Source: Dicyema japonicum (taxonomy: Eukaryota; Animalia; Dicyemida). Taken from it: a stretch of 64,000 bases of DNA. Numbering within the stretch: position 1 is the stretch's first letter; each line of letters opens with the position of its first letter. The stretch lies in NCBI GenBank assembly GCA_011109175.1, contig RDEW01000030.1, forward strand, positions 428,094 through 492,093. Direction: 5' to 3'. The notes under the pieces are model-generated. The model was given only the letters and a program-made list of their open reading frames with translations, did no database searches and had not been told where the DNA came from. Below, in pieces: positions 49,615 through 62,589 of this stretch. The position numbers and the translations under genes were made by a program.

Positions 49615-50388
49615 GGCTGAATTTCGATTTGTTGGAGAAAAATTAAAATCAAAATGATCTGAATCTAAGTTTTCTAGCAGACTTTATACAATAAATACCT
49701 GAAACATCTGAAATATGTTTCCATGTCAATATCTTCTGATGTTCGTGGAAGAACATCATCCGAACTCTCATTTTCTATGAAATTAAAAAAAATAAACTTT
49801 TATACTCAGGAATGATTGTGTTTATTCCTGAAACTCCTCTCAGTTTTATAAATGGAGTTTCATTTGTGGAGGAATGGATCGTGGTGTTATATGTAAAAGG
49901 TGCTTCGTTTAATAAATTTTTTCCAATTTTTAGTTGATTCTTCATCCATTAACTTTGCAAGATTTCTTGTCAAAGTTTGGTTAATCTTTCTATGATCCCC
50001 TGAAACAAATAAAATATTATTTCATTACTTGTGATTGAGGATGATTTGGTCTTCCATAAATATGCATGATTTTATTTTTTATGCAGAAAGAGTCTAGATA
50101 TTTGTATTAAAACTCTGTTCCATTATTCTGTTTGCAGAATCTCAAAAAGCCGATTTCAAAACAAATTTCTTCAAATGCTTCACAAATTTCTAAATTCCAA
50201 TAAATTAAAAATATGCCTATTGCAGAGCACATGATGAATATTTATGAATAACGGCAAAAGATATTATATGTCCGACACAATTAAAAATGATCAAAGCCAC
50301 ATAAAGTATGACATTGATAGTGACCTGATAGTGATTGAAAGGTGACATGTAACCAGTGTGGGACGCGTCGCCACCACGGGACGCGACA
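49615..50388 (-). mobile_element. Ginger transposon 1, partial copy (right TIR only)
   Basis: Homologous to 38716-39484. Confidence 0.8.
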
Positions 50389-51180
50389 CACATCAATGTG
50401 AGAATTATTCACATCAAAGTGAGAATTATTTAAATTGACATTAAATAAATTTTAATTTTCGTAACTACAAATATTTAATCTTCGTAATTGTTAATGTCCG
50501 AAATTTGTCTGATGAAAATAGGCGTTTTATTATTAATATGTATTCCAATGGATCCACAGCTAAGTCAATTAGCGAAAACCTATGTATCCCTGCGAAAACT
50601 GTCTATCGAATTATTGGAGACTTCAAAAAAATTGGGAAAATTGCAAGTAATTTAAAAGGCGGTCCTCGAAATATAAAAATCACTAAAGAAATTTCTCTGT
50701 TTATAAGAATGAAATATCGGATTCGTGTGATATTTCTTGTTCTTGTAAAAAATATTCTCGAAAATATTTGCTAAATTTGGTTTAACGATCGGAACATCAG
50801 CGATCCATTATCATTTAGAAGGATTCAACTACTCTTTTAAAAAATTCAACTTCTTCCAGAACGAAGAATATCAAATGATGTGGATTCTTTACGTAGACAA
50901 TATGCCAAAGAATTTATTGGCACACTATCCACTACTCTAGAAAGCAAAATTTTTTGTGGATGAAATTCGTTTATTACTTCACAACTTTAGGTTGGATTCA
51001 ATGTATCAATGAGGAACAACTACGGAGAGCTAAAAAGGGCCAAACGCCCACTCTAGTGGTTAAATCAATCAGATCAAGGAATATTAGTGTGTGCTGTGCA
51101 ATGTCAAAGTCGGGGATCATATTTTACAAAATTTATGAAAGCCATATAGCACGGAAAGTTACATGGGATATATAAATGAT
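50389..51180 (+). mobile_element. IS630/Tc1 transposase remnant, copy B
   Basis: HTH ORF 50505-50774; FVDE|VGFNVSMR...KGQTPTLVVKSIRSRNISVCCAM. Confidence 0.78.
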
Positions 51181-52147
51181 CTTTTCCAATTTTCACTTGA
51201 ACTTGTTGAAGATACTCCAAGGGTGATTTTTTTATAACGGGGTAACCATTCTGATACATAAAATATGGAGATAGCTTTTCCAAAACTGTTTTTTATTTGT
51301 TTACACCAAAAGAGTGGATCATCCTATTTAATGAGACGACGTAGGGAGTCGTGTGCCAAACTAGAAACACTTACAGACGGACACACAAATTTACTAATTT
51401 CTGTTCAAGAGAAGACTTCGCCAATTTTTCTTTAAGTGTCTCTTATTTCTCCAGAGGCCCTTATGCGTCTGGACTCCAGAATGCGGGAAAGCGGTCCCTT
51501 AAATACCGTCAGCCACTCTGTCCCATCTAACTAAGTGATCATAGACCGACAAAGGGGAGGTCGAAACAAGATGAAATGGGCATCTCGAACCGTACGATCA
51601 CGCGCGGGCACAGGGGAGGAACACCGGGCCAAGATGAGATCTCTAATTGAACGCATCAGGATACGTGTTAATTAGTTTTGTTTTACCGTGGTCTTGGGAT
51701 GTTAAATAAATAATAATAATCGAAAAAAAGCTTGATCAACGTAATCATAGACACACTGTTTGAGGATTCTTTCAAGTGGAAAATTAGTGCCGAATGTTGA
51801 TTACGCCTTTTCTGCCTGGAGATTCGCTATTCCTTCTACGAGGGTGGAGCGTATGAACTCTCTTAGACGGAAGATCATTAGGCATATGCAATCAGACTCC
51901 ACATCCATCCCCAGTATCCTTTCAGAGGAGGCGACGGTGAGAAATGTCTAGGGCTTCCTACGTATGTGCAAGGAGCTACGAACCCCATTCAGAGAGAGGG
52001 CAGTTCATGCGGAGGAATTCAGATAGGCATTAAAAAGTGCGCTCTGATAGAATTCAAGAAGACACTTCAAAAACGCTGTTGATTAACTGGCGGAGCATTA
52101 GAAGAGAATTCGAGAGATGTTGGAGGCTGGGATCACTTAATTTAGGG

Positions 52148-55100
52148 CAGAAATTCTCAACGGCGGCCCGCTTGAAATTATAAAAAATGTTACATATTTT
52201 ACATAATGCAGCCGATTTTAACTGTGCTTTTTCTTTCTGTTTGTTTCGTACAATAAACTTTTTATGGTTAAAAATTTTTACATATTTTAACTATTGTTTT
52301 TAAATTAAATATTTTTTATATTAAATTTTAATTAACATTGCTTGTGATGTCTGGAAAACGTGTTAAAAGAAGTAGAAAAATAATCAAGAAAATCGTGCAT
52401 TTTACCCCGAATAGGAGGAACAATTTTTCGTTTTTGAAGAAAATGGCAAAGCACATTTCCTGATTTGTCATTTTGTTATACGATGTTTTAAGTTATATAA
52501 TGTCGAGAGGCATTATATGAAACATTCTTCAGAATATGATTCATTTCAAGGTGAATCAAGAAAAATCAAATTTCTATCTGTGAAATCAAATCGCAAACTA
52601 CAAACCACTTTGTTTAAACAGCCCATGTCATCAAGATCCGCTACAATAGCTTCTTTCAAAATTTGTCATCTACTTGCAAAAAATATGAAGCCGTATTTAG
52701 ATGGAAAATTTATTAAGCAAGCTATCCTTATATCTAAATGTTGTTCTTCAGAAATTAAAAAAAATGTTATAAACTTACAGCTAAGCAACGATCTAACACT
52801 GAGCTCCTTGTGAGAGTCGGAAAAACCTATTCAAGAAAATTTGAAACAAATACGGGCACTCCACAAGGAGACTCTCTTTCTCCTCTACTATTCACAATTT
52901 ATTTGGAAGCCGCTATGAGGGAACTTAGACCGTCATACCAAGGAAAGACGGAAGAAGTAATCTACGCGGACGATGTAGACCTAATTTCTGAAGACAAAGA
53001 GGTCCTGGAAAACTTATTAGAAAAAGCACCAGATGTACTAGGGAAATGGTTTCTTACTGTGAACAGAGAAAAAACAGAACTCACAGAGATAAGAAGGATG
53101 AGTAACGTCCTAGAAGAGAAGTGGCGACAAGTAAAGAAACTCGGTTCACTTATGGGAGATAGCGAAGATATTTTACGTAGGAAAACTCTAGCCAATGCTG
53201 CGTTATATAAACTGAAGAATTTATGGCTCAATCAAAAAGGCATCGACACAAAAATGAGAATCCTACTATACGACTCATTCATAAAACCCGTACTTTTATA
53301 TAACGCTGGAACTTGGGCGACCTCATCAGCGGATATGAAAAAACTAGACTCGTTCCACAGAGGTCAACTGAGAAAAATAACAGGAACTACTTGGCCTACG
53401 AGAATATCTAGGAATGCTTTATATAAGAGATGCAGCACTAGACCTATCAGCTTAGAAGTACTGGAATCCCGATGGAGGCTCTTCGGACACGTGCTGAGGA
53501 TGGAATTAACTTCCCCACCGAACATATCTATGGAAACATACTATGTTAGTGAAGAAGGCCGCTATCGGGGAAGACCAAGAACAACACTGCCAATAGTCTT
53601 ACAAAAAGACCTGGTCAGTATAAAAAAAAACCTAACAAATGCCGACGACCTGGACAGCATGAGAGCCTTGGCTAGGAACAGGGGAGCATGGAAAAGGATG
53701 ACATCTAACCTTGTTTCTTTTGCTGCACATGCGGGGCTATAATTAGTATGGCTCTTGTGAAGTGCTTAAATAAATAATAAGCAACGATACAGTTACTCGG
53801 AGAATTGAGAGAATATCTGACGATATTCAATGCCAGTACTCACTGAATCCAACTTTTTCGTACACTATTCTATTGCTCTTGACATCACTAAAGATATTAG
53901 TGATACAGAACAAATGGCTGTGTTTATTCGAGGTGTCATGCCTGACTTCAAAATTTATGAAGAATTTCTCACGCTACGTAACTTTCATGGTTCTACTAAA
54001 GGAGCTGATATTTTCCGTGAATTTCGTGATTGCCTTGAAAAGGCACATTTGGATCTTTCAAAAATGTTTTCAATTGCCACAGATGGATGTCCTTCTATGG
54101 TTGGATGGAAAACTGGGTTTCGAGGTCTTGTAGCTGGATGGCGAGTAGATGATGAGTTGAGTCCTGTGATTTAGCATCACTGCATACTACATCAAGAAAA
54201 TTTAGCTGCAAAATCTATGAAAATGGACCATGTAACAGAAACAGTCATTTCAATCGTAAATTTTATTCGCTCTCGTGCTTTAAATCACGGCAATTTTAAG
54301 AAATTTCTCGAGGATGTTGATGCTGAGTATGGAGATTTGCTCATGCATACAACCGTACGATGGATGAGTCGGGCAGCATGTCTAAAAAGGTTGTATAAAT
54401 TTTAAATAAATCGCATTTAGATTTTATGACCTTCTCCCGGAGATTATAAATTTTATTGACAACAAGATATTCTATCTTCAGCTTACTGATAAGGAGTGGA
54501 TTGCGGATTTAGCATTTATGGCTGATATTTCTACACACCTTCCGATTTTGAATACTTCTCTGCAGGGTAAGAACAAACTATGTCATGAATTATACGGACT
54601 GGTTTCTGCATTTATCGAAAAACTACACTTTTTCAAAATACAAATTGCAAATAGAGTTACCATTCATTTTCCAATACTTTCAAACCACAGGGAAGATGGA
54701 TCATATGAAAAATATACCTCTGTTATTAGTGACTTAATCGATGAATTCGAAACACGTTTTAATGATTTTAAAGAAGCTCTACCTATTATGAAAATATTTT
54801 CGTCACCTATGGAAACAGATGCTGCAACCGCTCCATATGTATATCAGCTGGAGCTAATTGAAATGCAGGCAGATTTACAACTTACCGCGCTATTTAAGTC
54901 AAGTGAACTATTGGATTTTTGGAGTCGAATTCCACAATGGAAATATCCGAACTTGGTCGATAATGCTCAAAAAATGCATCAGTCTTCGGATCAACATATG
55001 CATGTGAAGCTTTTTTCAGTAAACTTACGCGAATAAAAAGTAAGTATCGAAATCGATTGACTGATACAACTTTTACGTACATCGTCTTCGAACTTTACTT

Positions 55101-55309
55101 CTCGTTTCGATAAAATAGTAGACACCAAGCAAAATCAAGTCTCACATTGATTCTCTTATTACGTAATAAAGCCTTTTTCTTTAATCAAATAAAATATTTT
55201 TTGTGCGTCCCGCAAAGATACTCTTAATTATTGATTAAAAAATCAAATTTTTTTGTGCGGCCCGCAAAGATACTCTTAATCCTTAAGCTAAAAAGGTTGA
55301 GAACCCCTG
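52148..55309 (+). mobile_element. hAT Buster/Charlie transposon, copy B, both ends present
   Basis: TIRs CAGAAATTCTCAAC and (reverse complement) CAGGGGTTCTCAAC; 8-bp TSD ATTTAGGG at 52140-52147 and 55310-55317, fitting the nnnTAnnn Buster consensus; transposase with stops. Confidence 0.92.
52793..53777 (+). mobile_element. young 5'-truncated RTE inserted in the hAT transposase
   Basis: Uninterrupted 310-aa RT C-terminal half (PQGDSLSP, YADD); 11-bp TSD TAAGCAACGAT at 52782-52792 and 53778-53788; empty site in copy A at ~41870. Confidence 0.95.
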
Positions 55310-56839
55310 ATTTAGGGTCTTAGAGTTAATACTTTCTTCTTGGTGGTCTTAGGGTTTTAAAATAAAATAAGTAAAATAAGCGAAAACTTGTATTGAATCA
55401 TGGATATTTCTGCCCACTCTCAACTGCCCCCAAGTAACCATATAACTTGGGGTTGAAATTCTCCACTATTATAATTGTTCATTATCACTTCATCATCAGA
55501 AATCATCACATAGTCTGTCACAGGCGCTACGCGTTACATAATGCTCAAATTTACAATTTCAATCATTTTTATACAACTTTACACATGTTTTTCTCATTTA
55601 TTATATTTAAAATTAAAAATTCTAATTTAAATATTTTTGGAAGGCGCAACAATTTTTAAATTTTAAATAGCATAATACAGGCGTGTTTTATAAAGTTAAG
55701 CTGATGGCTCGGTTTTTCGTTAAAACAACCCGGGAATAAATTGATATAATGGAAGAGAAGGGGATCGTCGATTTAGTGACAAGACAAAAAATACCGATTA
55801 ACTCAAAAGTCAAAGAATTTTTTATCTATCAATGGGAGGTTATACCTTAAAGACACAAATGCAAACCACAAAATTCTCTAATAATTAGTGGCCTCGCAAA
55901 TTCATCAATTGACCCATTGTGGACACAACACAGTGGATCAATATTGCAATGAAAGATATTTTTTCATGAAAAGAGAAATTATTCGGAAAGTGGTGTCAGA
56001 ATGTGACATTCCATGTAAAAGCATTATGTGACTGCTTCAACGTCTAACAAATTCATGGTAGTCATAACAATCCAAGGAGTCAAGGGATTATCGAACGCTT
56101 CAATCAGACAATCACAAGATCACTATCTAAGATGATGTCCGAGTTGGAGTGAAAACATAAAGGAAGTAGATGGAGTGAACATGGCGTTAATGGTAATTGA
56201 TTCAATGCACGACAATATAACGAGCGAAAATTCGACCAAATCACACATATTGACAGGTTCTTCCGTTCGACATAGAAGCGTATCTCCAACTTCCGGCCTG
56301 AGGAATACTCACGGAAGCAGGCCAAACTGGTAGTCAGACTCGGAAAGCTTGGAATCATTCTCTCCCTGTATATCTCTCGTCACTAATGGCAACCAACACC
56401 CTTGTTAATAGGATTCTATACTCCTTCTCTGAATTCTCTTCATACCAGGACGTCGTTGATGATTATGAGGCCTGGAGCCGTACCTATTATTTTTTCCAAC
56501 CTTCCATGATCATTACAAAGATGAATAATTTTTACATGATCTTACTTTTAAAATAATAAAAAAAATTTTTTTCCCAATATCTTTTTAATAAGCGTTTGCA
56601 GCTCTGGGAAATACCCAATAAACCTCATTCAAAAATCGGCCAGATTATTCTTGTAGTTTTTTTAGTTTGGACTTAACGTTAAAACTCTGGCAGAAGCACA
56701 TAGAATTGTTTTTATATATAGTAAGCAGATGGAGTATTTATATACTTATATTTAAAGCAAGTTCTTATCAATTATAATTGTAAGAAATTCTAAAATTTCA
56801 TAAAAATTTTTACTATTAGCTATATTTAACTAGTTTTCT

Positions 56840-58250
56840 TGAAGAGCAGCCATCCCCGCTTGTGGATGGGCCATTGTGTGATACGATTACTATGGAGGAG
56901 ATAATTCTTGCTATTAATGGATGCAAAAATAAAGCGCCGGGTTGGGATTTTATCCCCCTGACTGTCTTCAAAAATCCTGGAATATTATTATTGAAAACGT
57001 TATGGGCTTTATTTAATTCTTCGTGGTGTTCTGGACATGTTCCTTCTACTTGGAAGAAGTCTTTTGTACGGATGATTCCGAAGAAGGGAAAAGCTAGAAC
57101 TATAGGCCAATAAGACTAATATGCAGTATATCGAAAATTATGGAAAAAATCATTTTCAACAGATTATCAAAATACGTTGAAGACAACAATTTTCTTCTCG
57201 ATGATCAATGGGGTTTTCGTCCCACAAGAGGTACTAGAGATTGTTTTTCAATATTATCAAATTTTATATGTGTTGCTAAAAAGAATAGAGAATGTCTTAC
57301 GGCCGTATGTCTAGACATATCAAAGGCTTTTGATAGCGTTTGGCATGCTGGGTTGTTGAAAACTTTGTCAAATTTTAATGTTAGAGAGCAAAGCTTTAGT
57401 GTGGATAAAAAATTTTCTTTCTGGTAGAGAATCTCTTGTACGTGTTGGAGATCATATATCGAAGAAAATTTTGTTAAAAAGAGGGGTTCTACAAGGGTCT
57501 GTCTTGAGTCCCCTTTTATTCAATTGTGCTATGTGTGACATCCGAAGTTTGAACACCTAAATTCAAAAATGTTAATATATGCCGATGACATTCTTTTGCT
57601 CGATCTGAATATTAATAGATCGATTTCCTGGAAACCTGTTTCGACACATGTCGAAATAATTAAATGCTGGTGCCGAGATAAAGGTTTATCCTTATCTCTT
57701 GAAAAATGTACTGCTTCATGGATTGTGAATTTCAAGAACAAATCAAAGATTTGTATTGATACTGGAGCGATCAAATGCATGGAACAGTTACAATATCTTG
57801 GAGTTTGTGTGAACTCGAAGGGTTCCTTCATTAATTATATCAAGAAAAAGAAGAAAAAGCTACGGCGATGTTGAAATCACTTTACGTTTTCAATTGAGTC
57901 CGCAAACTTTTCTTTATGTGTATACAGCTTGTATAAAACCAATCTTGATTTATTGCTTCCAAGGATGGTTTGAAAGTGATGAGAGAAGTACTATTGTAGA
58001 GCTTCTCGATAAATCGAGGAGATATGCTATTAAACTGGCATATGGACTTTATTTAAAGTCTAAATTACCGCCAAATGATGAGAGACGTACAAGATCCATT
58101 GAGGAAATATTGCACCACTTGAAAAAATAATTCTCGTTGGATGCTAGGGGTCAATAATTCAAAGAGGAAACATATGGTGTCTCGTTAAACCAGACCCCAT
58201 CAACCAGGACAAACTCGTTGGCTTCTCCCTTTTTAATTAGTTTTTTAATT
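56840..58250 (+). mobile_element. Jockey/I-group RT remnant (copy A keeps only ~44518-45130)
   Basis: KAPGWD, QWGFRP, AVCLDISKAFDSVWH, QGSVLSPLLFN, YADD, QYLGV; frameshifted. Confidence 0.85.
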
Positions 58251-58360
58251 AGTATCGAGTTTGTTACGTTAATAAAGTATCTATCTCGTTATATTTAACG
58301 TTGCTGGTTAATGGTTGTTGTTGATGTTGATAAGAACCATCTAAATTCATCGGATTACTT

Positions 58361-61000
58361 CTGAATTGTGTGTATCTGAGTCCCGCAAGAAATTCCGTCT
58401 TGATAATCTAAACTTCGAATTAAATCGAAGATCATTTTACAGAAACTTAACCCCTACGGCAAATAATGTTACTGAGTCTATTGATAATAAAAAATGTGCA
58501 GACTTTTGGGAAGACTTCTGGAAAAAGAAAGATGCATGTTTAGAGAGGGTCAATATTGAAAAAAGAATAACCGGCGTCGAGAATGTACCTGTTGGATTTA
58601 ATAGAAATGAGTTTAATGAAACAATTAAATATCTGCCTAACTGGAAAGACCCAGGCTGCGATGGAGTTTTCAACTTTTTTGTTAAAAAGTTCACGTCTTT
58701 GCACGACTCAATATTTAATGTGATGAGTAGAGTTGTGGAAGGAGAATGTGTGCCTGGAGAGTAGTTTTTCACTGGACTCACTTACTTGATCCCAAAATGC
58801 ACTGCCCCTGAGTCTCCAAGAGATTTCCGCCCGATTACATGCATGCCACCGTTATATAAACTCATGACGAAATGCATTAATATGAAGCTAACTGACTATG
58901 CGGAAGCATTTGACCTACTTACTGAAAATCAAGTGGGCACGAGGAGGAGATGCCAAGCTGCTAAGGAACAGGCTCTGGTGAACAAGTCACTTAACATTAT
59001 CAACAGATTTGGACTTTATGCAGCATGGATTGACGTTAAAAAGGCTTTCGACTCAGTAAACCATGATTTTCTTTTGATTTCCTTGAAAACTCTGGCATTC
59101 CATTGTGGATTGTTAACGTAATTAAAATACTTATTCAAAACTGGAAACTCAAGCTTTTTTTGAATAAAGAAAATATTCGCACTATCAAACTTCAAAGAGG
59201 AATTTTACAGGGAGATCGTTTGTCTCCTATGCTATTTGTGCCAGTGTTGGATCCACTTAGCCGATTCCTTAATAACAGATATCCTTAAGATTTCGATACC
59301 AGTAATGATCAGTCAATTTCATCGTTTTCAACTAATCATCTTTTATTCATAGACGACTAAAACTTATTTCGAACGATGAAGAAGTTATTGTTAAGATGAT
59401 GGAACAAGTTAAATTATATTTCAAATCTGTAGGTCTCGAATAGAACTTGGATAAATCTGCTACTAATTCTTTGTTGTTATCAAATTAAGCTAAAGTAATT
59501 GATGGAATTGATAGATATAAGTATTTGGGTGTATTGGAAGGCCATCTGGGCAAATTAATAAGACAGACATGCTTAAATCAATATTTTCTGAAGTATGCCA
59601 AAGAATAGAAAAATCAGTAAACGCTAAATTGAACTCATTCAACCTTTTTAAAGCAATTAACGAACATGCATTATCTTTATACAATTACTATATCGGCTTA
59701 ATTGATTTGGAACCGAATGAATTTGAGAAGATTGATACTTCTATCCGTAGTTTGCTGAATAAATATCATATAAACCTTAAACCAGCTTGCAAAGAGAGAC
59801 TGTACCTACCTAGAAACATGCTAGGGAGAGGATTGTGCTCGATCTCTTTCCTCAGTGAGAGAATGTTATTTGGTTTTCTGAACAATTTGAAAGGAAGAAG
59901 TTCCGCTATTCTCAGGCCGAAACCTTAAGTAAAACTCATATGGCTACCATTGAAGAATTTTTGCGGGAGAAGTACTCTGTTGACAATACATTTATTCTGG
60001 ATAGTAAATTTTTGATTGACCTACAAAGAGAAAACTTAAAGAAACAAATAAGTGTGAAAAGTCTTCATTCGAAAGTGTACAAAAACCAATCGGAAGAATT
60101 CGTAAACACTGAATTTTCATCTCTGTGGCTAGCAAAAGGAACAACTCTCTAAAATCGGAAGCCTTGTTCTGTTTAGTCCAGGACAGAAATCTCTTCTTTG
60201 GAGAACTGGACAAAATTTGCACTTGTGTAAAAAATGGAAGAAAACCGTCGATCATTGTGCTACAAGATGCGGCAAAATGTTGCATGGAGATTACGTCAGA
60301 AGACATAATGAAGTCGTACGGTGCCTTCACTTTTATTTTTGCAAAGAATACGGTCTCAAACGAAAGAAGATTAAAAACCCACTCAGTGCAAACAATTTTG
60401 ATGAATGATTCGGTGGAGATAAGAGTTGATACTTTCATCAAAACCGATATAAACATTGAACACAACAAGCCAGATTTGTTTATCTACGATAAAAAAAAAT
60501 CAAATACTGTTGGTTGAAATGGGTATAACATCAACCCAAAATCTCCAACAAGTAGAATTCGAAAAACTGAGAAAGTATGACCTTCTATCGAAAGAACTGG
60601 AATCAATACACCATGCGAAAGTGAGGATTGTCCCAATAGTACTGACCTGGGATGGATTGGTAACCTCACACTCGTGGGAACATTCCAGATCTCTGAACAT
60701 AAGCGAAAGAACCTATACGTATATTCAATCATTGGTTATACGTAAAACTTTTGAGTCGATGATTGTTTCATACAGGAATAAGACGGGTTTTGTCGAAAGA
60801 GATAAAAATCTAAAGAAGGAAATAAATAATATCTATTCAAGAATGGATAACAAAGACTCTCAGGATGACGGAACAAGTAATTTGGACTGCTCAGAACCGA
60901 AATTTGTGGATGATCTAGAGTGTTTTGGAGAACCCCAAATACTAAATTGCTCGTAGAAAAGACGTCTTTGCTAATAAAAAGGAAATACTTCTAACTAAAT
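58361..61000 (+). mobile_element. Dong/R4-like element, copy B (RT + CCHC + RLE; 5' part deleted)
   Basis: FRPITC, WIDVKKAFDSV, GILQGDRLSP, RLYLPR...GRGL, C..C...TVDH...C, HNKPD, EKLRKY; multiple stops and frameshifts. Confidence 0.88.
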
Positions 61001-61506
61001 TATTAACATTACTTTTGTAAAATAAACTGGTTAGTTATAATTAAATCAAAAAATTTTTTTTGATTTTTTTTCTAAGTCCACTAGTGTAACGCGTAGCGCT
61101 CGGTAACGCGTAGCGCCTGTGACATAGTCATATTAATTATAATCAAATGGTGGTATTCACAGATGGAAGTTCACCCAATAAAAAAACTAGATCCGACTCT
61201 GACGGTCCTCTAGTCTTAAGAAGAGAATACATCCGGAATAAACCGTTAGACAAACCCAAAAAAAACCACGTCAACAGCGTTACCATAACCGGGGAGCTTG
61301 TTTAATAGACCATCTGTTCTCCCTATACCCACCATTGAAGGAACCCTTACAATAGAGAAGAGATAGATCCTTATCGGATGCCGGCGAGGCATTGGGCGTC
61401 TCCTGAGACAAGTGGATCAACCGACATACTGAGGGATCGATAATTTAAACGAAGAAAAAGCCAATATTATAAAATTTAAAAACCAAGTAAGGAAATGTTA
61501 GATAAA

Positions 61507-62150
61507 CTAAGCAGAGGGCCACTTAAGGAGAGGACAGTCCACGTGGTCATCGAAGTCGACAACATAGTCATCATTTTGCAGTGCCCACATCTCATCCAAA
61601 GCAGTGCGAGTTTCAGTACTAACATAATCACTCCCAAAACACCTAATGAGATTTTCCGCCAAAACCAGTTCCCCGTTTTGCGTGTATTGATAAGGGACAA
61701 CCTCGATTCCCGCGCCTTTGACGGTCCTCACCTAATCATCACTAAAAATCCCACCTTCAAATAAAACACATTTTGACAATTCACTGCAAATTTTTTAATG
61801 ATTTTTAAGGATGATGGGAGAATTCTTTCTATAATAAGAGTAGTTTAGTGGTACAATCGGGAGTCAGAGCTACTAATCTTCTCGTAATATCCCACAACTT
61901 TGAGATTGTTCTCATTGCAGAATGATTCGATCTAAATGAGATAAAATTTTATAACTTTTCTGAAACAGATTTCCATAGTTGGAGTTAAAGTCAGATGAAG
62001 ATGGAGCATTGGAACGATATGAGTGACTAGGAGATCATTCTCGTTGGACAGCAAAATCCCATTTACGTCAAACGAAGAATATTTTGCTACATGAGATACC
62101 AAATTTCCCCAATTTAATGATTTGAGACTACAAGGAGTGACAGAACACAT
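61507..62150 (-). CDS. EMC8: ER membrane protein complex subunit 8/9, copy B
   Basis: Same exon structure as copy A; KYP changed to KYS (G to A at 62078 on the plus strand). Confidence 0.85.
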
Positions 62151-62589
62151 CTCAGTTTAAAAAAATAAAATAACAAGAAATATTAATAAAAATAAATTAA
62201 CATTTTTTACATCATTTCTTAAAAATCTAAAGGAAAGTAGCTACCAAAACTGCCGTTGAATAGGTTGACAGGGGAATAATTGTGGTTCTTTTAGTTGCCA
62301 GATTGAAACTGGTATCCAATTTTCTCCACGTGAAGGTGAACCACATCGAAAATTTATTTATGGCTGCTGACCCTACTATTTAATAGCTGCTGGCCTCCTA
62401 CAAGTTAGTGAGGCTGGGGTTACCAAAACGGCCACTCCAGAATCAATCAGATGTATCTGGTGTGGCGCAGAACTTTAATGGATGACATCTTGGTTAGAAG
62501 AGAGAAGGTTTTTTCAGGCACTATTATGCATGAAAATTACGTCTCGAAAAAAAGATTTCCCTGTTTGTTTTCAAGTAAATCCCCTCCCT

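Larger units (their letters stand above)
55516..61124 (+). mobile_element. Ginger-type DNA transposon 2, copy B
   Basis: Same 22-bp TIRs; perfect 5-bp TSD TAGTC at 55511-55515 and 61125-61129. Confidence 0.88.
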
